Below, piece after piece: positions 13,001 to 25,000 of a stretch of DNA of 64,000 bases (its first letter is position 1; each line of letters opens with the position of its first letter). The position numbers were made by a program, and so were the translations under genes. This DNA is from Octopus bimaculoides. Lineage: Eukaryota. The stretch lies in assembly GCF_001194135.2 (NCBI RefSeq), contig NC_068998.1:54918534-54982533 (forward strand), in the 5' to 3' direction. The notes beneath the pieces were generated by a model, which was given only the letters and a program-made list of their open reading frames with translations, searched no databases and was not told the origin of the DNA.

Positions 13001-16000
13001 ATTGGACATAAAAATTTCAACAGAGCAAAATGTATGGGAATTGGAATAGTGAGGCAAATAAAAATTTCAATTAGGGATTCTTAAAAGAGTAAATTTCATT
13101 TAAGTTACACCAGAATGTGATTGATGTTGATTGCTGTAAAATGATTTGATTGATGAAGCACAAGAGACTTGGAATGTTTGAGACACATTGCAACTGTTTA
13201 ATTGAAAAGAGAAATATTGTGTTAACAAATTTGAAATAATTTATGACAACAAAATTAAGTTTAGAAAATAAGTATTATTTATGTAAAGAGCTCGCACTGG
13301 CTCAGGTAAAAGCACTTTAATATGTTATGAAGAATGACACTGATATCTATTGAGGTTTTTGACAATGGAAATATTTATTTCTTTTTGTATAAATATAAAA
13401 AGATGTTACTACAAACGACAAAACATCAAGAGAATTGAAGATGATTATTCTTGAACTGGTGTGTATGTAGCTGCAGTCAAAACATTAGCTGGTCATTGTG
13501 TGTTGCTGTTTCCATTTGTCCATTGTGGTTTGCTGTTGATTGTGCTACTGTCTCTTGTTTGCTGTCTGCTCGTTGCTTTTGTGTTGATTTAATGCTTTGG
13601 CCAGCTGCAGTCTTTTTTGACTGATGTCAGTGGGATTCACTGTGCTGAATATATAGGAGTGATTTGGCTCAGAAAGAAGCATGCCAAGATGACATTGTTG
13701 TTGGAGCTGATTCCAAGTGAAGTCTTGGTTGGTCAGATTTTTTTATGATATAGATAGTATTCTAGCAAATCACAAAATCAGATATAGGGATCTGTTTGCT
13801 AAATATTCCTGCTCCAAATATTCTGTTTTAAAGATTGAAGAATATTCATTGAATGCATTAAGAAAAAAGTGGAATGTAAATTCATTTGAAAGAGATAAAG
13901 CTATTTATAATTCAGTTCTGTTTATTATGGAAACAATGCATTTTGACAATTTGGTGTCTCTTAGCTTTTTAAATATGTTTAAACGTGGTCAATATATGAT
14001 AAATATATTTTCTATTTTTACATATTTAATACGCCTAATAAAGATGTAAAAGAGAGTGCAAGATCAAATAATTATTCTTTTTGCCAATGATTTTTTAAAA
14101 AATGTAATTATTGTTCAAAAATCTTATTTTGCCAGGCTCATCTATTTGATTATAAAACTGTACATGTTGTTTTGGGAAATGAATCAGCTGATCTGGATTC
14201 TGTGATTTCATCTCTAGTTGAAGCATTTTATTTGTCTCGAGTGAGTATTATTTCATGATTGTTTCATTGTTTGGAGGACTTTTAGCTATAAAAACAGTTA
14301 TTTTTGTATAGGACAAAATTTTCAACAAAGTGTAAATGTAACAGAAGTAAAATAAAAGTCAAAATAGAATGGAAAATGCTTAATTTGATAAATATTAAGA
14401 AAAATATTTTTGATTTTTGTTCATCAAGAAAGACAAAAAAAGCAAATGTCTGATCTGTCATACAATCTTTTCATTAACTATAAGATTTTTCTATTAGCAT
14501 TTCTGAGAAAAGATGCTGCTCCAGTATGGCTGCAGTCACATGACTGAAACAAGTAAAAGAATAAAAGAATATATATATAATGTATGAATTAATCTTTAAA
14601 AATGGATATTTCACATAACTTTAAAAGAAAAAAATAAAACTCCAGGAATAAAAACATTTTAGTTCTTTAACTACATACCAGGTGTCTCTTCTGAATCTAA
14701 AAAGTAAAAAACTATTTTTCAATGATTTCAGTCTCCCCTCTAAAGATGATTACAAGTAGATTTTTTTCAGTATCACACCCAAATAATGATCTACAAATTT
14801 TGCAAAAAACCAACAAAATACAACATAATCACAATGTCAGGCTAAAAATGAACAAAGGAAAATGTAGGATTTTTTTTTTTTTTTTTTGCAGAGTCATAAG
14901 TGGATGACTTGAATAAAAGATACTGAAAATTCTGAGTAAATTGAATTAAGTACAAAATGGCTTTTTTTTTTTTTTTTTAATATTTACAGACAAACAAAGC
15001 AGATGATGTGCTTATCATTCCTGTTATAAATATTTGCCGGAGAGATGTCCATTTAAGAAAAACACTGCATCATGTGTTGAAGCAACAAGGAACTCTCTGT
15101 GATGATTTGATCTATCGAGATGATGTTGACCTCCAGAAACTGCATTTTCATCAGAAGCTCAAGCTGACTCTTGTCGATCAAAATATTTTGCCTTTAAAGG
15201 ATGTTTCCTTGGAAGATTGTGTCGTTAGTGTTATTGACCATCGTCCGAGGGAAAGACCAGAGTCCAGGTAAGAGTTAAAGCAATCATTTATATAATTAAA
15301 GAGTAGCATATGTGATTGTATAACCATAACATGTGGTCAACATTCAAGAAATACACTGAGTGTTGTTGGATGGTCATTGTCAACTTAGAAGATGTGTATA
15401 AAGAAGAGAAATGCCTACTAAAAGTATGTATTATTTAAAGTCTGCAATAATGTGTCCATGTATTGAGAAATAAATGTTAGACATTAGGTAAAAATCTTCT
15501 ACAAGATGGTGGTAGAGGTAAGACAGGTTGCTTTGTTGGGCATTAACATCCTGTCAGCACTAAATGACCAAGGAATTATCTTGGAGATAAACTAGTTACA
15601 GATAATTGCAGAAACCAGTTAGAGTGCCTAATTTGAGGAATTGCAAGCACGCTGTGGTGTAATTGGTGACAAATCACCTGGCAAGAGAATAGACACATGG
15701 CTGAAAATCTTGTTAGTGAGTCTCCTTTTCTTTTGTCTTAAATTGGTGTTTGTAATGTCAAGTATGACATGAAACTTCTGTAGATCTTGTTTATGAAAGA
15801 CACCATTGATGACCAATGTTAAATTAATGATTCTTTATGAGGAAATTAACGTAATAATATTTTTATTAATCAATATTTACTGAAAGTAGGTTTTATCAAT
15901 GAAACTATCGCTGTTATATTTGTTAATTATATTTGAGTCCCATCATGATTTAAGGATGATTTTTATTGATTTACTCTCACATGGCCTCTATAGAGAATAT

Positions 16001-16054
16001 AAGCATTCAATGAAGGCTATATATACATATATATATATCCCTATATATATATAT

Positions 16055-16092
<38 letters not shown>

Positions 16093-19000
16093 GGATGACC
16101 ATAAGTTGTTTTAATCATTTCTCATAATAATAATANNNNNNNNNNNNNNNNNNNNNNNNNNNNNNNNNNNNNNNNNNNNNNNNNNNNNNNNNNNNNNNNN
16201 NNNNNNNNNNNNNNNNNNNNNNNNNNNNNNNNNNNNNNNNNNNNNNNNNNNNNNNNNNNNNNNNNNNNNNNNNNNNNNNNNNNNNNNNNNNNNNNNNNNN
16301 NNNNNNNNNNNNNNNNNNNNNNNNNNNNNNNNNNNNNNNNNNNNNNNNNNNNNNNNNNNNNNNNNNNNNNNNNNNNNNNNNNNNNNNNNNNNNNNNNNNN
16401 NNNNNNNNNNNNNNNNNNNNNNNNNNNNNNNNNNNNNNNNNNNNNNNNNNNNNNNNNNNNNNNNNNNNNNNNNNNNNNNNNNNNNNNNNNNNNNNNNNNN
16501 NNNNNNNNNNNNNNNNNNNNNNNNNNNNNNNNNNNNNNNNNNNNNNNNNNNNNNNNNNNNNNNNNNNNNNNNNNNNNNNNNNNNNNNNNNNNNNNNNNNN
16601 NNNNNNNNNNNNNNNNNNNNNNNNNNNTTTCGTGCGGGTGACACGTAAAAGCACCCACTACACTCTCTGAGTGGTTGGCGTTAGGAAGGGCATCCAGCTG
16701 TAGAAACTCTGCCAAATCAGACTGGAGCCTGGTGTTGCCATCCGGTTTCACCAGTCCTCAGTCAAATCGTCCAACCCATGCTAGCATGGAAAGCGGACGT
16801 TAAACGATGATGATGATATAAGGAGCTGGACGGTTTGACAGGACCCAATGAGGCACAAAACTGTATCAGGCCCCAATGATATCAACCTGGGATTTGTACC
16901 AAATGTATAACAGGGGGCAAATAGCAGCAATTTTGTATGGGTGAACCTGCTTCTGATGATTCTGTTTCTCCCCCCCACCATTGCATAATCTCCATACCAA
17001 AACAAACATACAGACAATGCGTCAATGCTCTCCTGTAGCTATGAATGAGTCTTTCAAATTACCTAAATAAAAAAAAAAATCAGTCAGATGGAACAAATGT
17101 AACTAAATAACAAGTTGATTGTTGGGAAGCTAATTAAAAATATTGTCACCAAATAGTATAAATATAATGTATTATAATTATCATAATTTTCTTTTCTAGC
17201 TTGTGTTCAAATAAATATCCTCATTAATGACCTTGCTATCCATTTGGCTACCAGACTAATACTCTAATCTAAATACACTTCAGCTGTTGACTTTTGTCCT
17301 AATTTCACTTATAATTAAGCATGTGTACAACTTAACTACAAATGATATATAGAACAAGAGATTCCAGTTGGCTATTGAATATTTTCTTTTTAGTTTTTTT
17401 CATTGAAAATGGTATTGAAACTAATTTATCGTTTGCATAAAAACCACACACACACAGCTGTCATAATTCAGTCTTGCAAAATCCATCTTATTAAACCTGT
17501 AAAATGAAAGCATATTACTGATGTGACCCCAAAAGCTTATCAACTTGTTAATGCTTCGTTCTATAAGAGGCGGAAGCCCTCTTAAATGGCATCAACACAA
17601 CAACAGTCTGCGTAAAGTCTTATAGTTTCTAAGATTCACATGGTTTCCATAGAAGGATGTAAGGTACTCTACAGCACTGTCATCATTAGAGATTTCATAA
17701 TCCTTGCTGGTTGTAGGTTCACTATTGAGGAATTAGTCTTTGCATGATGATTCTCAGAAAGAAAACTCTAGGATGGTTCCACATTGACCTCTAGATAATA
17801 GGCCGTTTGTCAACATGACAAATTCTGCTGGTTAAATAGCAAGTTGTTCCTATTCGGAGGTACCTATTTACAGGTTGAAGAGCTTGATCATTTTCAAGTG
17901 TCCTGGCTTTGAATGTAATACAGTGTTGAGGATAATATTTGGAACCCCATCCTCAGCTGCTGATCACTGCCCTGTCCACTTAGCCATCCATGCTCTCAAA
18001 CCCTGTATTGATGGTGAGACTGAGGTCATCTGTAAATGTAGGATTTAAAAACTGAGTTTCTGCAGAAACAGTAACCAAGGTGTTTTAAAAATGTGGGGAA
18101 AAGTATTAAAAATGAGAGATATCTAAACAATTCAGCAATTATGAAATATTAATTCAATATTCAGTTCATTTTATGAACAAGATATCCATTTTCCTGAAGT
18201 CATATTAATTTCTGATTATTCAAAAACAATTTTCATTATTGATATCTTTATCATTTGACGTTTCTTTCCTAATATTTCTGTTTAACCGATTCTTCCACTC
18301 TGGTCTAAAAAATGAGTTTAGTGAACTAGATTTAGAAAGTAGCATTGTTTTGACCATACTACAAAAAAATGGTGATGCAATTTCAAAAAATAAGAGAAAT
18401 GGAATTATAGTTTTCTTTGTCTGTTACATTGCTAATTATAGTGATAGGATCAGCACCACCACTGCTGCCACCACCACCACCATTCGTTATCAGTTGAATT
18501 ATTTTGCCTAACATTGTTATTTTCCCACCTCACCCTATCACCATCACAACTACTAGGCTGCTGATAGCGATAACATTGATATAATAGGTTTAATGGAAAC
18601 AGTAACAAAAACAGTAATAATATCGTCAATAACATGTCATTGATGTTATTATTGTTACTATTTCATGTTTTTTCAGCCATTTCCAACATGCATTCATTGA
18701 ACAACTGAGTTTTTTGTTTCTACTTTTACAACTATAAATCAGGAAAGCAACAAAATCTTGTTATGAATCAGCAAAACAGAGGCGTTCTGAGTTCTGATCC
18801 CTGCTTTGAGGCACAAAACAGTAATTGTTAAGGTTTCACTGCAGACCTTAAACTTTGTTCTCGTGTCCCAACAATGCTCATTATTTGAAGTAATAGCAAA
18901 AAAGAAAGAAAAAAAAAGCAGCTGAAGTCTGGACTGTGAAGCAGTGAATTGGCAGTCATTGGACTGTGGCCATGCTGGAGCTCTACCTTTAACAGTTTAG

Positions 19001-22000
19001 TCAAATAGATTGACCCCCAGTTCTTGTTTTTTTTTAATTTTGGTAATTGTTCTGTTGATCTTTTATGCCAAACCAATAAAATGAGATGGAAACAAACCAA
19101 CACCTGCTGTCAAGCAGTGAGCAAGACTAACAAAGACACACAGTTTCTGCTTACCAAACTCTCTCACTACAGAATAAGACACTCGCCCAAAGTGCCAAGC
19201 AGTGGCACTTAACCTAAAACCACATGGTTGCAAAGCAACTTGCTTAACCATACAACCATTAAATACAAAAAAGAAAAAAAAAATTTTAAACATGTTTAAC
19301 TCCAATATTATTAATCTAATAAAAATGAATTTTCTCCATGACCTCTCCCATTGTTTTTGTTTCTTGCCTGCGTTTGAATATTCTGACATCCTATCCAGCT
19401 TTGTAATGGAACTTTCTATTTTAAGAAAAACAATTAGCTTAATGATTTTCTTTATCAAATTATTTTATCAAACATGCTATTATTATAAACACTTATTTTT
19501 GAAATTTGTCATTTAGAATAAAATTAAGTATGTGGTATTTAAAAAAAAGTTTTTAAAATCCTTTTGTAATATTGTTCATGAAAAAGAAATAACATTTTCA
19601 AAAATAGTTGAAGGAAAAATATTGTGTTTCTTGGTAGGCATCAAAATGGGAATAAATGTAAGTTTGTTGAGGTAAAGTCTTGAACAATATGTGAGCAATG
19701 TTGTTATTCCTTTAAAAGAAGATAACATAAAATATTGGACCATGAACACTTGTATCACTAAAAGAACGGTCCTTTGTAACATGTTGAGAGATTTTGACAA
19801 CTGAAGAATTCAGCTGAAATAATTTTCAAAATTATTCAATTTTTTCAAATTCTGCAAAAGAAACTTTTAGCTATTTCATACTATTCCTCCCCCAATCATA
19901 ATTTATTTTATGTTGAAAATTTGCCTCCAATGAGAATCTAATTCATAACAAGATATAAGGAATTACTTTTTAATAACGGAGGTTATGATACAGGGATGTA
20001 CTGGAAAGACATATGAAGAACTCTAGCATCTCCCAAACACTTGGGGAGGAGAAGGCCCTATGGCACAAGGAATGGCATCAACCGTAGAAGCTCATAATTC
20101 CAGCCATTGAGGAAAAACAGAGAGAATATGAAAGAACACATAAGAGGCATCACTACTGCATTGCATCAAGTAGCTTCACCTGCAACAGGTGTCATTGCTG
20201 CTGCAGATGAAGAGCAAGCCTTATAGGCCACATGTGGGCCTGCCGGAGATGATTACTGAACAAGAATAGTTAATGTCAACTTAAAGGCTTAGGTCGTTTC
20301 TAGCTCCAACCAACAGTTTTGACTTTACATTGGTAATAATAATAATAGTAATAATAATGATGATGATGATGGTTGTGCAATAAGTTTTTGATTGATCTTT
20401 GACAACAGCAATATTTTCCTGATGTTTTGTTTTTCTGTTTGACAGTGGATGCGAAGTAAACATAGAACAAGTTGGGTCTTGTTGCACACTCATTGCAGAA
20501 CAAATCTTCAACAGTCACCAACCAAATACAATTGATGAAAAGGTGGCTGCTCTTTTGTTCAGTGAGTATTGCTTTTTTAAATTTACATTATCAGTAGATT
20601 GTTTTAAAACGAAATTTGGTGACTTTGTTGATATATTTTTGAGACTTAGGAACACAAGACAACCCAGACTAGCAGGGGACAATGACATTCAGTAATGATG
20701 ATGATGATGATGATAGTTTGGCTAAAAGTTGGTTTTCTAAAAATAATATTTTTTTATATATCATCCTCAATGACAGCTGCTGTCCTATTTATTGTTGAAA
20801 CACTTTTAATGTTTTTTTCAGTCTCTATTAAATGGGATGCTGCACTTTTGTTCAGATTTGTTCTGCTTCACTTCTTTCACTTTTAATCTTACACAATCCT
20901 TTCATCGTTGTTGACTTTTTTCTTCTGTTTACTTTTATCCCTTTGGCACATATTCATTTTTTTTATGTACCTATTTTTCTCATTGTTTATAAAATAAGTA
21001 CAACTTGTACAATGTTGAGTCAATTCACTACACTGTATCTCTTTTATGTAAAAATCATTTTTCTCAATAATATTGCATCTTGGGAAGTATATTAAAGATA
21101 TATTTGTGCAATTGTTCATAATTAAATTTGTTTTCTTTTTTTGCCATTCTTTTTTCTTCTATAAGTTTAGTTGTTAAAATGCTTTTACAAGACTACATTC
21201 CCCAATGATTTCGTGCAAACAATCCTTTTTCCAGGAAAGGGTTATCTGCTTGAAAGCCGTATCTATTCACTTGCCCTTCCATCTCATTCCCTTCCTTTCT
21301 CTTTTACTATGGCTTTACTCTTTTGTTCTTGGTAAGTCTTTGTTACGTTAGGTGCTTCTCCTTCCTCTTTCTCATGGACACTGACTTTTATGTACCATAC
21401 CTAATGTAGTGACAAAAATCAGTTGCTGACAATCAAATCATTTTATTCGGCTAGAATGCTCAACTTCATTATCATATCTCGGTAGTTACAATGTCTTATG
21501 AAGTTGGTAAGCAAGTGAAGACATTAAATCTTATGTCACACATCTAAACGTTTTCACAACTACAATTAGAATCTGCAGAAGCTAAGTCCTTTTGTTTAAC
21601 AAAAATGCTATCAAGGGTATTTGTTGCAGTATTGTAGTTGATGCCATACAACTGAAGATAAACAGTTGGATACAGTTAATAAGTCTGTTGTTTTTGGTTC
21701 TTGTAAGTCAATTAGAAAACTTTGGAATGTACTTTTTCGGTGTGTTCTCTTTATGTTTGTACTACAAGTATTGTGGAAGTAATCTGGCTGAAGAATTTGT
21801 TCCATTGTTGTTGTATTTCGCTGGTGAAAGGCATGCCCTGGAACGCTATCTGGGTTGAGCTTGTGAAAATAATTAGTTTTGAGTTTTAGCCAAATAGACT
21901 TTTGTGACAAGGAATAGTGAAATAAACTCATTCTCAACAATTAAGATTTTCAACTAAAGGATTTGAAGTCCAAGTCTAACATGTCAGTATTTCATTGCAA

Positions 22001-25000
22001 TAATGATTTTGTGACATCTCTATGAAACAATTTGTTTGATTCTTATGATAATAACGAATGTATTGTATGCAGTGTTCAGGTGCATTACAACTCATCAGAA
22101 AAAGTAGCCAAAGGTGCCTCTGAACAAATACATAGAATATATGCACAGTAAGTGAACAGTGGATTTGTCATTAAGAAACGAAAAAAATGTGGGGGTGCAT
22201 CAGGTGTACTGTTGGTGAGTTTCATGAAGTTTTGAAGGATGCAGGTATTCCATCAGTTAACAGCTGATGAAGGTAGTTTATTCCATGCTTCAGCAATTTT
22301 GAGCATGGAAAAATGTCTCTGAAACTCATGGGTGTTGTGTTTGTCTTTGGATGTTGTAAGCATGTCCATGAGTGTCAGGCATAGAATTGCTCATCTCTGC
22401 ACCATTCTTATTCATGTGTTCTTTCAAATTCCAGTAATTCAAATCACATATTGAGAGCATTCAACCAACCTCATTTGTATAGAAAACATGAAAGAGTTTG
22501 TTTACTTCTGATCACCAACAAAGGATTAAATTGACTTACCATTTGTGTATTTAATTCATTCAATGTCTTTTGGGATCATATATAAATACATAAATTTGTA
22601 TGATTTTAATTTCGAAAGTATAATTTTAAAATTTGAAAAATGTTTAATCTATTTTATTCACTCCATATAATCAGAGCCTATTAATTGTGTGTAACTTTAC
22701 AATTTTGACCATGAATTCTAGGTACCATTATTTTTGATACTATAAATATGAGTAAAGATGCTAAACGTGGAACTGCAAAAGATGAAGAAATATTGCAGCG
22801 CTTGGAAAATATTCTACCAAATTGCAATCGCTGTGATGTTTTTGAACAAATCAATATTGTTAGATATGATATAAGTGGTAAGTAATCGATATACCATTTA
22901 CTATCCGAATGTGTGTTGTGTTATTATTATTATTATTCATTGTTATCGTTATTTTCCAAAGTGATGATCTGGCAGAATTGTTAACACGCCAGGCTGAATA
23001 CATTTTGTCAATCCTTACATTCTGAGTTCAAATTCCACTGAAGTCAACTTTGCCTTTCATCCTTTCAGGATCAATGAAATAAGTACCAGTTATGCACTAG
23101 GATCAATATAATTGGCTAGCANNNNNNNNNNNNNNNNNNNNNNNNNNNNNNNNNNNNNNNNNNNNNNNNNNNNNNNNNNNNNNNNNNNNNNNNNNNNNNN
23201 NNNNNNNNNNNNNNNNNNNNNNNNNNNNNNNNNNNNNNNNNNNNNNNNNNNNNNNNNNNNNNNNNNNNNNNNNNNNNNNNNNNNNNNNNNNNNNNNNNNN
23301 NNNNNNNNNNNNNNNNNNNNNNNNNNNNNNNNNNNNNNNNNNNNNNNNNNNNNNNNNNNNNNNNNNNNNNNNNNNNNNNNNNNNNNNNNNNNNNNNNNNN
23401 NNNNNNNNNNNNNNNNNNNNNNNNNNNNNNNNNNNNNNNNNNNNNNNNNNNNNNNNNNNNNNNNNNNNNNNNNNNNNNNNNNNNNNNNNNNNNNNNNNNN
23501 NNNNNNNNNNNNNNNNNNNNNNNNNNNNNNNNNNNNNNNNNNNNNNNNNNNNNNNNNNNNNNNNNNNNNNNNNNNNNNNNNNNNNNNNNNNNNNNNNNNN
23601 NNNNNNNNNNNNNNNNNNNNNNNNNNNNNNNNNNNNNNNNNNNNNNNNNNNNNNNNNNNNNNNNNNNNNNNNNNNNNNNNNNNNNNNNNNNNNNNNNNNN
23701 NNNNNNNNNNNNNNNNNNNNNNNNNNNNNNNNNNNNNNNNNNNNNNNNNNNNNNNNNNNNNNNNNNNNNNNNNNNNNNNNNNNNNNNNNNNNNNNNNNNN
23801 NNNNNNNNNNNNNNNNNNNNNNNNNNNNNNNNNNNNNNNNNNNNNNNNNNNNNNNNNNNNNNNNNNNNNNNNNNNNNNNNNNNNNNNNNNNNNNNNNNNN
23901 NNNNNNNNNNNNNNNNNNNNNNNNNNNNNNNNNNNNATTTTTATATATTTATCTTTGTTACTGAGGAATAATCTTGTAGAAATTAAGATAATAGTTCAAT
24001 ACTTTAATCAATCAATTTCCTATCATTTAAAAAAAAAAATTTCTTAACTTTCCAAGTTAAATTTTAAGAATTAAATCTAAGAGGACCCTTTATCAGCACC
24101 AGATAAAGGGTGTTCTCCCTTTGTTTAGGTTATTGTTCAAGTATATATAATTGTATCAACCAAATATTTAGATTTTTTTTTTTTTTAAGTATTTTTGCTG
24201 CTGTTTCAGGGGAAAAAGAAAGGCATTGATGGGATTGAAGATGACTGGTAAATCAAACCAAACTCATTTTCTAACAAATGAGTTAAGAATTGATTGTTTG
24301 TTCCAAATTCAGTGCTTTCATTGAGAATACAAATTTTCAGCTCCCTTTTTCATATTTTACATCTTTTCAGATTTTCCTTTTAGTTTTATTTTGTGGACGT
24401 GGACAGATAATTTTGAGTCATTTCCATCCAAATACTGATTTCTTTTTTTGTTTTGTATGGTTTTAGGATTCACAAGTTTGGATATTCTAGAGATGGATTT
24501 GAAAGTTATATCCAAAAATGATATCAATATTCCAATGAGTTCAGTAACAGTACCTATCGAAGTAAGTTGATTTTTAATTAGTGTTGTTTTGATTAAATCA
24601 ACCTTAATCAATTTTAATTATTTATTTTTCAAGAGTGTATCAATTTCTTACACAAATCTGCTGAAAGACTTTGTTCTTAAAATAGTAAAATTTCATTTCT
24701 AAACAGTTACCATTGATTGATAAACAACTTCTAGTGAACCTTGTGGTTATCAACCCTCCTTCAGTCGTTTACCTGCTCAACTTAAATATATTTCACCATT
24801 TGTTCCTTCATCGTTGGAAAAAAATTTTTATAGTCATCATAGAGATTTAGAAAAAATAATGAAACAACTGTATTATTAAGGTTTTGCATAATACTGTGAT
24901 TATCTGGTGGTTTGGACCTCACACTGTGATGACATTGAATGATATATTTACCCCTTGTCATATAAATTTTTACCTCAGCAGGGAAATCCGCTTCTCATTT

